Shown: piece by piece, positions 10,261 to 19,147 of the stretch
How the letters are laid out: each line of letters begins with the position of its first letter
How positions within the stretch are numbered: the first letter of the stretch is position 1
From: Minisyncoccia bacterium
GTDB taxonomy: Bacteria > Patescibacteriota > Minisyncoccia > Phycocordibacterales > UBA9973
DNA: 64,000 nt
NCBI GenBank assembly: GCA_049287045.1
Contig: JBAQFC010000010.1
Span: 14,179 to 78,178 of the forward strand
Direction: 5' to 3'
The notes under the pieces: model-generated
What the model was told of the DNA's origin: nothing
Databases searched by the model: none
What the model saw: only the letters and a program-made list of their open reading frames with translations
Program-made: the position numbers and the translations under genes

Positions 10261-10288
10261 TTATTCAAAAGTATAAATAAAAAATATT

Positions 10289-10822
10289 ATGGAAGAAGAG
10301 AAAGTTTTATTAAACGCAACGGTGTGTCTTTTAGTTAAAAGTAATGAGGTTCTTCTTGGTCTTAAAACAAAAAAGATTGGTGCAGGTTGTCGCAATGGTT
10401 ATGGTGGTGGAGTTGAAATAGGAGAAAGTGTGATAAATGCAGCAATCAGGGAGTTAGAAGAGGAAACTGGTAAAAAAATAGGTAATAAATTTATTACAAC
10501 CTTACCAGAGCATCTTGAAAAAGTTGCCATCGTTTATTTCCATAATACAAAAAGTGATGGACAAACTTTTGTTTGTAGAGTTCATTTTTTTATTGTGAGA
10601 GTATGGTTCGGAGAGGCAATAGATACTGATGAGATGGAGAATTTACTTCCTTTCAATATCAATAATCTACCTTTTGATCAGATGATGCCTGCTGATAGGG
10701 AATATTTTCCATTAATTCTGAATGGTAAGAAGATAATTGCTAAGGCAAAGTATGGACCGTATCAGAAAGAATTATTGGAAGAAGTAATTATTCAAGAAGT
10801 TAATTCTTTTCCAGAAGATTAA
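10289..10822 (+). CDS. Nudix hydrolase
   Basis: Nudix box GGGVEIGESVINAAIRELEEETG, matching GX5EX7REUXEEXGU. Confidence 0.65.
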   Translation: MEEEKVLLNATVCLLVKSNEVLLGLKTKKIGAGCRNGYGGGVEIGESVINAAIRELEEETGKKIGNKFITTLPEHLEKVAIVYFHNTKSDGQTFVCRVHFFIVRVWFGEAIDTDEMENLLPFNINNLPFDQMMPADREYFPLILNGKKIIAKAKYGPYQKELLEEVIIQEVNSFPED

Positions 10823-10931
10823 AACCTATTCATATTATGGATAGGTTTTTTTATTTTTATTTTTTTAAAAAAATAAAACCCCATAATATTTTATATATTA
10901 TGGGGTTCTTTATTTAAAAAAAAGAATTTAA

Positions 10932-11996
10932 TTAATTTTGACTAACTTTTTCAACCAAAGTACATTCTGTTTTGTGTATTACACCTTCTTTAGTTCTGAA
11001 GTAATCAATAAATTTGTAAATAAATCCAATAGTATTTTCATTTATCAATTCATCAGGTATCTGGCTTATCACATAAGCGTAGGTTGGCTCAAAATTATCA
11101 GCACTATCATTAAATGATTGATAAGTAGTAATTTTTTCACCAAGCTTAACTTCTGAAGAAACCGGTGTTTCAGGGTTTGTCCTGTGGATATTACTTCCAT
11201 TAATTCTCATCCATATTCCAACATCCATAAAAGCATTATTTATTTCTCCAGGTTCAATAAAAGTATAGCCCTCTTTATCCCATTTGATGATTGGCTTTAC
11301 TTTATCTTTTAATTTAATAGCTTTTTCAATATCTAAAGGTTTTATCAATCCTTCTACGGATGGCAGAGAAATATCTTTTATTGATTCTTCTTTGTTTTTA
11401 CCATAAAAAATTATTGAAGCAGATTGATAGTCTTCATTAATAATTTGAACATCTTTTTTGGGATCTAAAGCAAAAGCCACAACATCTGATGCGATTTCAT
11501 TAGGAATTTGTGCCATCACTTCAGCAAAAGTAATTTTACAGAAACCATAATAACCTCCGATTTTTACAAAAATATCTCTAATTAAAAGCTCCTGTAGACC
11601 AGTTGCCTTTTTAGTTATTTTTCTAGTATCGTCAAAATTGAAAGCTTCATTTCTTAAATTGCAGGATGTTTCTACATAAAAAAGATCAAAATATTTTTCA
11701 TCTTGTTCCTGAGTAAAATATGCTTTACCAAGTAACCCTTGCATTGCTGGTTTAACATACTTTATTTGATTCATTCTTTCAAATAATAATTTATCAGAGA
11801 TAAATGGAATTTTTGGTTCCAGTTCATAATCCAATTTTGCCAAAGCAAGTGCTTTTTTAGGATTTTTAGTATCCTTGTAAGGAAGCGAAGGATTTTTACC
11901 TTTTTTTTGCATTCTGTCAGCGTGAATTATCACCTGAAGTGCTGGACTCATTTTCTTTTTTCTCATTTTATTAGAGGTTTTTATGTTAAACAACAA
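10932..11996 (-). CDS. Hypothetical protein (354 aa)
   Basis: Long ORF with convergent terminators at 10823-10931. No recognised motif. Confidence 0.35.
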   Translation of the reverse strand: MLFNIKTSNKMRKKKMSPALQVIIHADRMQKKGKNPSLPYKDTKNPKKALALAKLDYELEPKIPFISDKLLFERMNQIKYVKPAMQGLLGKAYFTQEQDEKYFDLFYVETSCNLRNEAFNFDDTRKITKKATGLQELLIRDIFVKIGGYYGFCKITFAEVMAQIPNEIASDVVAFALDPKKDVQIINEDYQSASIIFYGKNKEESIKDISLPSVEGLIKPLDIEKAIKLKDKVKPIIKWDKEGYTFIEPGEINNAFMDVGIWMRINGSNIHRTNPETPVSSEVKLGEKITTYQSFNDSADNFEPTYAYVISQIPDELINENTIGFIYKFIDYFRTKEGVIHKTECTLVEKVSQN

Positions 11997-12011
11997 TTAT
12001 ATTTTCACCAA

Positions 12012-12053
12012 CACAATATCACAAAACCATTGACTAGTCAATAAATATTTGGT
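12012..12053. promoter_or_regulatory. Conserved bidirectional promoter/operator motif with palindromic TTGACtaGTCAA (copy 1)
   Basis: acaatatcacaaaaccattgactagtcaataaatatttggta is about 85% identical to 15790-15831. The palindrome gives face-to-face -35 hexamers with -10-like elements 17 nt away on both strands. Confidence 0.45.
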
Positions 12054-12100
12054 AGTGTAACGGTAATATTTAGTTGTTTGAAATAGTGGTTTAGAAGATT

Positions 12101-12154
12101 ATTCAGTGAATTTATCAGATTCTCTTAAAATAGAGCTTGATAAATTCACTGAAT
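12101..12154 (+). promoter_or_regulatory. Long perfect inverted repeat (16-bp stem, ~20-nt loop) in the 5' leader of the 12177 ORF
   Basis: attcagtgaatttatcag...cttgataaattcactgaat, 23 bp upstream of the ATG. Confidence 0.4.
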
Positions 12155-12176
12155 CTATAAACTAAAAAAAGAAAAC

Positions 12177-12554
12177 ATGAATAAAATATTCAATCAAGTA
12201 GATGATAGAGGGAAGCTCATCATTTCCGAGTTCGTTAAAGAGGAAAAGTTAGGCGTTGTTATTTATTTTAATCCTGAAGGCCGTATATTTTTAAGGGAAC
12301 ATTACAAAAGAATATATGATATTTGGATCGAAAAGGAAAATAATTTTACTGCTTTAATTACAGGAATATCAAAGGAAGGTACTCTAAAAGTGCAAATGTT
12401 AAAATCTGATAGAGAAGTGATAGAAGGATCTAATGATTGCTTGTATAAAAAATTCACTCCTCCTCTTTACCCTGATGGTGTAACAATAGAGGTACCAATA
12501 AATTTAATTAAAGATCTGGGTATTTTTAATACAAAGATCCTTAGTAAAATGTAA
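12177..12554 (+). CDS. Hypothetical protein (125 aa)
   Basis: ORF preceded by a structured leader. No recognisable domain. Confidence 0.35.
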   Translation: MNKIFNQVDDRGKLIISEFVKEEKLGVVIYFNPEGRIFLREHYKRIYDIWIEKENNFTALITGISKEGTLKVQMLKSDREVIEGSNDCLYKKFTPPLYPDGVTIEVPINLIKDLGIFNTKILSKM

Positions 12555-12626
12555 GTGAAAAATATAAATTATTTTAAAGAGGCAACGAGTAATCGGGCCT
12601 CTTTTTTATTTTCTTTAAACATTATT

Positions 12627-13070
12627 TTAATTTAAAAATCTCACAAAATCAGAAAGTATTGAATCGTTTTTTAAGTCTCCTTGTATTGATTTAGGTAATA
12701 TATTCGGATTGTCATTTTTGTCTACCCAACATATTTCTGAAAGTTCAAATCTATGGGTGCCACTTAGATTTTCTGTATCTAAGAAAGCTTCCGGGTTGGT
12801 AATTTCAAAAAAGAATTCAATAGATTGTTTTATCTCTTCTTCAATAAAATTATTTACATACAAGAGTCTTCCGATCTGTGGTTCAATTCCTAATTCTTCG
12901 ATAATTTCTCTTTTCATGGCATCGTGTATGTTTTCAGCATATTCAAGGTGTCCTCCAGGTAGAGAATAAAAACTAGAACTAGGAGCGTGTTTTACAACTA
13001 GAAGTTTATTGTTGTGAACAATAACAGCTCTGCACCTTATTACTATTTTTTTAGTTGTTTCGTTTGTCAT
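12627..13070 (-). CDS. Nudix hydrolase
   Basis: Nudix box LPGGHLEYAENIHDAMKREIIEELG. Confidence 0.7.
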   Translation of the reverse strand: MTNETTKKIVIRCRAVIVHNNKLLVVKHAPSSSFYSLPGGHLEYAENIHDAMKREIIEELGIEPQIGRLLYVNNFIEEEIKQSIEFFFEITNPEAFLDTENLSGTHRFELSEICWVDKNDNPNILPKSIQGDLKNDSILSDFVRFLN

Positions 13071-13149
13071 GTCTTATATTGTAACATTATTATAATTTTC
13101 ATAAATAGTGCCTTAGGCGTTATTTATTGTATCTATTTATAACCCAGAC

Positions 13150-13196
13150 GTGAAGTAATTGTGACCTAATTATAAGAAATATAAGGTGATTTGAAT
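13150..13196 (+). repeat. Degenerate cassette-repeat copy
   Basis: gtgacctaattataagaaatataaggtgatttgaat compared with gtgaccc...attgtaagtaatataaggggatttaggg. Confidence 0.3.
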
Positions 13197-13236
13197 ATTT
13201 ATATGAAAAATAGATAAAAATTGATAGAATGTAGTT

Positions 13237-13869
13237 ATGAATCATAAAAATTCTAATTGCACGATTTATATTGTCAGACATGGTGAGACTGAATTCAATG
13301 TTGCCAATATTATGCAGGGTCATACTGATTCACCATTGACTGAAACTGGAGTTAATCAGGCAAAAGCATTAGGTGAAGTATTTAAAGACATAAATTTTGA
13401 TGTCGTTTTCTCTTCAGATTCATTGAGAGCTCGACGGACAGCAGAATTTATTCTTTCTGATAAAAATTTAATGATTAATACATCAAAGATTTTAAGAGAA
13501 AGAAATTATGGAAAATATGATGGTGGAGCAGCTAGTATTTTTAGAGAGGAAAATAAAGATAAATTTGAAAAAATAAAAACACTTAATCGTTTCGAGAAAA
13601 GAATGATAAATATTACACCCGATGTTGAAAGTGATGAGGAAATGTACAATAGACTGGTTCCTCTTCTCAGGGAATTGGCTGTAGCACATACAAACAAAAC
13701 TGTTCTTGTAACTACTCACGGTGGTATTATTCGTGTATTGCTCAGTTATTTAGGATGGAGTGGTGAAGAAGACCTAAAATCTGGATCTGTAAAAAACACA
13801 GCATATGTTAAATTGTTTTCAGATGGAACAGATTTTATTATTGATGATGTTCAAGGAGTTGATAAATAA
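13237..13869 (+). CDS. Histidine phosphatase family protein (phosphoglycerate-mutase-like)
   Basis: RHGETEFN catalytic motif at the N-terminus and a TTHGG(I) motif near the C-terminus. Confidence 0.7.
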   Translation: MNHKNSNCTIYIVRHGETEFNVANIMQGHTDSPLTETGVNQAKALGEVFKDINFDVVFSSDSLRARRTAEFILSDKNLMINTSKILRERNYGKYDGGAASIFREENKDKFEKIKTLNRFEKRMINITPDVESDEEMYNRLVPLLRELAVAHTNKTVLVTTHGGIIRVLLSYLGWSGEEDLKSGSVKNTAYVKLFSDGTDFIIDDVQGVDK

Positions 13870-13872
13870 TAA

Positions 13873-14233
13873 GATGGCTAAAATATATGTAGCTGGTAAA
13901 AATCTTGAAAGAGCACGCTCTGTGATGGATATGTTAATAGAAAATGGTCATTTGATTATATTTGATTGGGTAAAAGATATTAAAAATGAAGAGGACCCTT
14001 TTCAAAAAGCTCGTGATGAACGTGAAGCGGTTAAACAAGCAGACATACTCGTTTATCTTTGGGAATCAGACCAAGAAAGTGCAAGATATGAAGCTGGTAT
14101 GGCGATGGGTCTACATAAACCCATTATAGTTTCTGGGTTTAAAAATAAATTATTTTTTCTATCCTTGCCAGAGGTGATAAATGTATTAGATGATAGTGAA
14201 ATTATTTCTGTGCTTGAAAAGATAAATTTATGA
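13873..14233 (+). CDS. Nucleoside 2-deoxyribosyltransferase-like protein
   Basis: KIYVAG N-terminal motif and ESARYEAGMAMGLHKPIIV, which parallels the NDT-family DSGTAFELGYA.GKP catalytic-Glu segment. Confidence 0.45.
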
Positions 14234-14268
14234 AAAAATTAGTAGAGCGGAGGCGTTGCTTCGCTCTA

Positions 14269-14326
14269 GACACAAACGGGACGGAATTGGGATCTGATTT
14301 TATGAATAAAAGGGGATTTAGAGTCT
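14269..14326 (+). repeat. Cassette repeat copy R1, preceded by a GC hairpin (14244-14268)
   Basis: cacaaacgggacggaattgggatctgattttatgaataaaaggggatttagag. Confidence 0.6.
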
Positions 14327-14371
14327 TAATTAGTTATGCATTAGCAAGTTGAATTCAGCCTTACGGTCAGA

Positions 14372-14399
14372 TTGACAATTATATTAAATATGCTATAAT
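14372..14399 (+). promoter_or_regulatory. Consensus promoter TTGACA-N16-TATAAT
   Basis: attgacaattatattaaatatgctataattg. A GGAGG ribosome-binding site (14433-14439) and the ATG at 14444 follow. Confidence 0.6.
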
Positions 14400-14443
14400 T
14401 GACTCAGGTAATTTTGCCTAGATCTTTTAAAAAAGGAGGAATA

Positions 14444-15052
14444 ATGTATCTCATTTCTGTTTGCACTGCCTCTGTTATTTTGATGGCTGGTAGTTTCTGG
14501 TATTGTTACCAGATTTTGCGTGAAGAGGTACATCCACCTCCCGCAACATTTATAATATTGTCCTTCACATTTCCACTTGCACTTTATTTGTATACTCAAA
14601 AGCCCGATTGGAGCTTTTCAGCAAATATTGGACTAACAGTTGGAGTTGTGAGTGTATGGGTAGTTAGTGTATTTCTAATCGCAAAGCTTTTTATCCAAAA
14701 GAAATTAAGCATTGAGGTAAATCTCTTTCAGAGAATAACGATATTAGTATCACTTATAATATTATTATTTTGGTTTATAACAAAAGACCAACTCACTGCT
14801 TATATCCTTCTTCAAATTTCTGCTCTTGTTAGTTATATACCAGTAATCAAAAATCTTTGGAATGCAGAAAAGAATCGTGATTCAATTATGTTTTGGGGTT
14901 CATTATTTCTTTCTACTTGTGTTGCTTCTTATGCCGCATATGAAAGAAATGATATCCAATCCTGGATTTACATAATTAGGGCGATTCCATCAACAATGGT
15001 AGTCCTATTAATGATGATTCGAATAGAATTAAGACAAAAAGCCTTGCGATAA
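14444..15052 (+). CDS. Integral membrane protein (6-7 TM; possibly PnuC-like nucleoside transporter)
   Basis: Multiple hydrophobic segments, preceded by a strong promoter and ribosome-binding site. Family assignment is speculative. Confidence 0.45.
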   Translation: MYLISVCTASVILMAGSFWYCYQILREEVHPPPATFIILSFTFPLALYLYTQKPDWSFSANIGLTVGVVSVWVVSVFLIAKLFIQKKLSIEVNLFQRITILVSLIILLFWFITKDQLTAYILLQISALVSYIPVIKNLWNAEKNRDSIMFWGSLFLSTCVASYAAYERNDIQSWIYIIRAIPSTMVVLLMMIRIELRQKALR

Positions 15053-15090
15053 CATCAAAAGGCTTTTTTTATTTCTAAAATGGTAAATTT

Positions 15091-15140
15091 GTGTCCTAAC
15101 AGGACGGAATTGGAATCTAATTTGTAGGGGATATGAAGGT
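15091..15140 (+). repeat. Cassette repeat copy R2 (divergent)
   Basis: gtgtcctaacaggacggaattggaatctaatttgtaggggatatgaaggt. Confidence 0.5.
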
Positions 15141-15250
15141 ATTTTGTTTATTAACTCACGATTATAGCTCTCAAATCTTTTTAATGTATGATATTGGAAA
15201 TAAAAAACTCCACTATTTTTTAGTGGAGTTTAATTTTAAAATTGTAGTAT

Positions 15251-15724
15251 TTACAAACGATAAACATCAGGAAATATTTCTTTTTTATTCTTCAATCTTT
15301 TTTCTATTTCGTTAAAAGGCAAATTTTGATTTTTCAGTTCTATGTAGGTTGGACTGTATGCTTTTATTTGTTCACAAAAACTTTCTCTGGAATTATGAAT
15401 TATTTGCAACATATCTCCAACTTTAAAAATGGATGGAATAAGACCATCATACGCAAATTTTTGCTGAGACCCGTGACTTTCAAAGTATTGAGGAATAACC
15501 TTGTTTAGAATAAAAGCCTTATCGTCTTTATTGCAATATTCATACTTACCTCTATCAAAAAGTTTACTGTCTCGAAAAAGATTAATCATAACCTCATGCT
15601 GATTTTCCTGACCCTTCGGCATAAAGTAGATACTTTTGATTACATCAAAAACCTTTTTCGTTTTACGGTTAAAAAAAAGTAATTCTTTGTCATGTAAAAT
15701 GACACGTATATTTTCTATGTGCAT
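15251..15724 (-). CDS. Hypothetical protein (157 aa)
   Basis: ORF with a downstream terminator hairpin (15203-15237). Divergent from the 15869 gene across the conserved promoter motif. Confidence 0.35.
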   Translation of the reverse strand: MHIENIRVILHDKELLFFNRKTKKVFDVIKSIYFMPKGQENQHEVMINLFRDSKLFDRGKYEYCNKDDKAFILNKVIPQYFESHGSQQKFAYDGLIPSIFKVGDMLQIIHNSRESFCEQIKAYSPTYIELKNQNLPFNEIEKRLKNKKEIFPDVYRL

Positions 15725-15789
15725 TTTTAAAAATATTAAGTTTTTATGGCAAAATTGCCTACAATATTATTTGTTCGAACAATATCACA

Positions 15790-15831
15790 AAATTATTGAC
15801 AGGTCAATGATTTATTGGTAATCTATTATAA
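15790..15831. promoter_or_regulatory. Conserved bidirectional promoter/operator motif with palindromic TTGACagGTCAA (copy 2)
   Basis: acaatatcacaaaattattgacaggtcaatgatttattggta. TTGACA-N17-TAATCT is present on the plus strand. Confidence 0.45.
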
Positions 15832-15868
15832 ATAAAAATAGTTTTTAATCAATTAAATATCGTAGAAA

Positions 15869-16639
15869 ATGAAACAGAAAAAAGCTTACATTGGTGTTAC
15901 GGGATTCATGTCTTCCCAGGAAATAACCGATACCCTTAGAGGTATTGATTATAAAAAAACAGACAGGTTGATTATGGTTGGTGTTCTTGCAAGTTTTAAA
16001 ACCTTGCAAGGAATTGCCAATAAATGGGTTAATCGTTATCCTTTAGTAAATGAAATTGCAGGTATTTTTCAACCAAATGAAAATTTCCTAAATTTGATTC
16101 ATTTTAATACTAAAGAACTGAATACATTTTTTGCTCAGCTTATTCAGATAAATGACTTAGCTGGTGATTCTTTTAATGGTTTCCAGTTAAACATTGCTTG
16201 GCCTGATCCTAAAGTATTAGAAAAATACAAAAGATTATGCCCTGACAAAAACATTGTTCTTCAAATTGGAGGAGGAGCCTTTGAAAAAATATCTCATTCT
16301 CCGGTAAAACTTGCAGAAAAAATAAACAATGAATATGCAGGTCTCATTGATTATGTTTTACTTGACCCAAGTGGTGGTACTGGAAAACAATTTGATCCAA
16401 TAGTTGCCAGGGGTTATTTGGAGGAATTAAGTAAACATGAAAATGACTTTGGTTTGGGTGTTGCCGGAGGATTAAGTTCTTCAACATTGAATCTGATTGA
16501 ACCTCTTGTTAAAGATTTTCCAAATATCAGCATTGATGCTGAAGGAAAATTAAGAACATCAGAAGATCATTTGGATGTAAATGAGGCAGGTTCTTACATT
16601 AAAAAATCTTTGGATTTATTTTCTATTTCAGTTATTTAA
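15869..16639 (+). CDS. Phosphoribosylanthranilate isomerase (TrpF)-like TIM-barrel protein
   Basis: C-terminal region LLDPSGGTGKQFD...GVAGGLSSSTL...ISIDAEGKLRT matches the TrpF motifs LLD..GGTGK.FDW, AGGL..N and D.SSGVE. Confidence 0.5.
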   Translation: MKQKKAYIGVTGFMSSQEITDTLRGIDYKKTDRLIMVGVLASFKTLQGIANKWVNRYPLVNEIAGIFQPNENFLNLIHFNTKELNTFFAQLIQINDLAGDSFNGFQLNIAWPDPKVLEKYKRLCPDKNIVLQIGGGAFEKISHSPVKLAEKINNEYAGLIDYVLLDPSGGTGKQFDPIVARGYLEELSKHENDFGLGVAGGLSSSTLNLIEPLVKDFPNISIDAEGKLRTSEDHLDVNEAGSYIKKSLDLFSISVI

Positions 16640-16701
16640 AAATCTCCCTAACAGGGAGTAAACCTATGGTACCAAAAGTATCATAGGTTTTTTTATTATC
16701 T

Positions 16702-16762
16702 GTGTGATTCAAACGAGACGGAATTGGAACTAGATTGTAGGAAATCTAAGGGGATTTAGGGT
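16702..16762 (+). repeat. Cassette repeat copy R3
   Basis: gtgtgattcaaacgagacggaattggaactagattgtaggaaatctaaggggatttaggg, preceded by two terminator hairpins. Confidence 0.6.
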
Positions 16763-16811
16763 TTTCAATTAAAGTGTGGCATTTGCTTATTGAGCTTGGA
16801 GTACTAATACT

Positions 16812-16839
16812 TTGACAAGTGCTGATTTTGTGCTATAAT
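16812..16839 (+). promoter_or_regulatory. Consensus promoter TTGACA-N16-TATAAT
   Basis: tttgacaagtgctgattttgtgctataatt. Confidence 0.6.
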
Positions 16840-16915
16840 TATCCTTAGATTAAAGGTGATGAAGCTACCTATAAATGATTCATAAATAAATAGTTTTTTA
16901 ACATTCAAATACGAA

Positions 16916-17551
16916 ATGCTCATGAAAAAAATTGAGAATGTCGGAAAGTTTGCAAAGCATACTACCGAAGCACATAATGCGCTTTTAAAAGCGATCCCAT
17001 CTTGGGTTTACGAAAAAAATATGCAATATGGAATTATTGGAAATAAAAACCTTCCGAATATTATGGAGGATGTATTTAGAAAAATTTATGAAGGAAGTAT
17101 TAGTTTTTCTTTTGGAATACGTCAAACATTCATAGATAGTGATATTCCAATGTGGCATAATGACTTTTTCTCATCTATTATTAGTGTTTCAGGACACAAA
17201 ATAATATCAACCAATGAAGTAGAAGAACTTTCTAAATATGTTGTATCAAAGACAGGAATGAATGATTCTTTAATCCAAGATAAAGTTAGAAGTGGATTTC
17301 TAGAAGAAGATTTATTTTTTGCAATTCTTTATCTTTTAATTTTCAAACCAGAATCTGGTAAAGAATTTTTAAACCTTGAATTAAAAAAGGATAAACTTTA
17401 TCTCTTCCATGTTAATTTAGATTCTCTAAAAAAAGTTTCGATAACAATATTCTGGAATGATGGTAAGTGGATGTTAAGTGCGACTGATTTTAATTTTATT
17501 TCTTCTTGGGATGAAGGACGCATCTTTGTTTATTTTTGTAGAAATTATTGA
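16916..17551 (+). CDS. Hypothetical protein (211 aa)
   Basis: Cassette ORF with its own promoter and a terminator (17570-17605). Confidence 0.4.
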   Translation: MLMKKIENVGKFAKHTTEAHNALLKAIPSWVYEKNMQYGIIGNKNLPNIMEDVFRKIYEGSISFSFGIRQTFIDSDIPMWHNDFFSSIISVSGHKIISTNEVEELSKYVVSKTGMNDSLIQDKVRSGFLEEDLFFAILYLLIFKPESGKEFLNLELKKDKLYLFHVNLDSLKKVSITIFWNDGKWMLSATDFNFISSWDEGRIFVYFCRNY

Positions 17552-17611
17552 TTCCTTAAAGAATCATTTTTAGAAACCATAATCCAAAAAAGGATTGTGG
17601 TTTTTTTTATT

Positions 17612-17668
17612 TGTGACCCAAATAGGATGGAATAGGAACTTTATTGTGTCGAATATAAAGGGCTTTAA
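17612..17668 (+). repeat. Cassette repeat copy R4
   Basis: tgtgacccaaataggatggaataggaactttattgtgtcgaatataaagggctttaac. Confidence 0.55.
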
Positions 17669-17794
17669 CTCTCAATTATGAAAATACTATTTTTTTGACA
17701 AGTAACCTTAAAAGTTGTAGTTTATAGTCAAACGTACCTTTATAAATATTTTGTGTATTTAACTAACAATACTAACAATTTAATAAATAGAAAA

Positions 17795-18460
17795 ATGAAA
17801 ACAAAAATCAAACTAATTTTACCTAACAATGGTATTGTTCTTAATTTACAGCAAGGAGAACGGCTTTACTTTTTAGCTGGTCCTATTAGTGGAGCCGGAG
17901 ATTGGCAGGCAAATGCAATAAAGATGTTAGCAGAAAAAGATCCTAATTGTTTCATTGTTTGTCCTTGTAGATATGATAATACTCATGAACTATTTCAGTT
18001 TTCATTACCACCTACCTATGATGAGTTAATAAGTGATGATGAAAGAGAAAGTCCAACAAGAACATTGCAGTTCCAAAATCAAACAATGTGGGAACGACAT
18101 TATTTAGAACAGGCATCTTACTTTGGTTCAGTAATTTTTTGGCTTCCTTCTGAAGATTCAGAAAATCCACGCAAGAAAGAAACTGGCCCGTATGCTCGTG
18201 ATACTTATGGTGAACTTGGTAGATGGAGCTTAAAAAGTTCAAAGCCAGATCAATTTTCAATTCATAATTACAAAGGTAAAATGGTTAACCTTACTATTGG
18301 TGCTGAAAAAGATTTTCATGGGTTAAGTGTAATTCAAAAGAATTTTGATGCTGACCATGGTGAACCTTTTCCAATTTATTCAACGCTTGAGGAAACTATT
18401 TCTGAAGCAGTAAAGCTTGGTAAAAAGACAAACCCGCAACCAATGATGATGAATGATTAA
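17795..18460 (+). CDS. Nucleoside 2-deoxyribosyltransferase-like / DUF4406-like Rossmann protein
   Basis: LYFLAGPISGAGDW plus ARDTYGELGRW, an NDT-like YLAGP ... DxGTxFELG pattern. Start set at the internal ATG at 17795. Confidence 0.4.
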   Translation: MKTKIKLILPNNGIVLNLQQGERLYFLAGPISGAGDWQANAIKMLAEKDPNCFIVCPCRYDNTHELFQFSLPPTYDELISDDERESPTRTLQFQNQTMWERHYLEQASYFGSVIFWLPSEDSENPRKKETGPYARDTYGELGRWSLKSSKPDQFSIHNYKGKMVNLTIGAEKDFHGLSVIQKNFDADHGEPFPIYSTLEETISEAVKLGKKTNPQPMMMND

Positions 18461-18526
18461 TTTTTTTTAACTAAATTTAAAACTGCAGTTTCCTAATGGA
18501 GATTGTGGTTTTTTTTATTTAAAATT

Positions 18527-18612
18527 TTAATACGCTTCTCGTGCTAGCACGTGATGGTGACCCAAACGGCACGAATTAGAACCAGATTGTAAGTAACATA
18601 AGGGGATTTCAG
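18527..18612 (+). repeat. Cassette repeat copy R5 (longest), with a 5' extension containing the palindrome CGTGCTAGCACG
   Basis: aatacgcttctcgtgctagcacgtgatggtgacccaaacggcacgaattagaaccagattgtaagtaacataaggggatttcag. The 5' part aatacgctt matches the flank downstream of tRNA-Glu at 26823-26831. Confidence 0.6.
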
Positions 18613-18620
18613 ACTTTTTA

Positions 18621-18649
18621 TTGCTAAAACATAAAATAAGTTGTAATGT
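18621..18649 (+). promoter_or_regulatory. Repeat-associated promoter TTGCTA-N17-TAATGT
   Basis: ttgctaaaacataaaataagttgtaatgt. Confidence 0.5.
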
Positions 18650-18700
18650 AAAGAAAAATTCAGTACTAACTGGAGCATTCGCTCTTTAAAATTAAATAAA

Positions 18701-19123
18701 ATGGAAAAGCACAATTCACATGGTCCATTCCATTTAGAAGATGGAAAAGTAATTAGCAAAGAAAAATGGCTTGAATTTTTTAAAGTTATTTTAGAAATGG
18801 AACGTTCAGGTTCAAATCATTTTGTATTTGATATTGGTATAGCTTGTTATTTTGATAATCTTTCTTATTATTCTGGTTTAAATAATAGAGAAAAATCACT
18901 TTTAAATCTCAAAAAAATGTTAGAGGAACTAATAATTACTTATAAGGTAAGTGAAAATGATGTTGATTCTATCTATAATTTAATTGATCTATTACTTGAG
19001 TGCCATCTTGAACCAGCTGGCTATAAAGTTTTTGCAAAGAAAGTGAAAGATGAAATTTGTCATATACCAAATTCTCGAAAGAAAGAAATTTTGGTTCTAA
19101 CTATTGATAAAAATTTTAACTAG
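18701..19123 (+). CDS. Hypothetical protein (140 aa)
   Basis: First gene of a two-gene cassette. Confidence 0.4.
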   Translation: MEKHNSHGPFHLEDGKVISKEKWLEFFKVILEMERSGSNHFVFDIGIACYFDNLSYYSGLNNREKSLLNLKKMLEELIITYKVSENDVDSIYNLIDLLLECHLEPAGYKVFAKKVKDEICHIPNSRKKEILVLTIDKNFN

Positions 19124-19147
19124 TACAAACAATCTAAATTAAAAAAA

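Noticed and set aside
10932-11996. The 354-aa hypothetical protein as the missing integrase or recombinase of the island
   Set aside because: No tyrosine-recombinase R..K..HxxR..Y pattern and no serine-recombinase or HUH motifs are recognisable.
15133-15315. 60-aa ORF following repeat R2
   Set aside because: It starts inside the repeat, spans a terminator hairpin (15203-15237), and overlaps the 3' end of the minus-strand gene.
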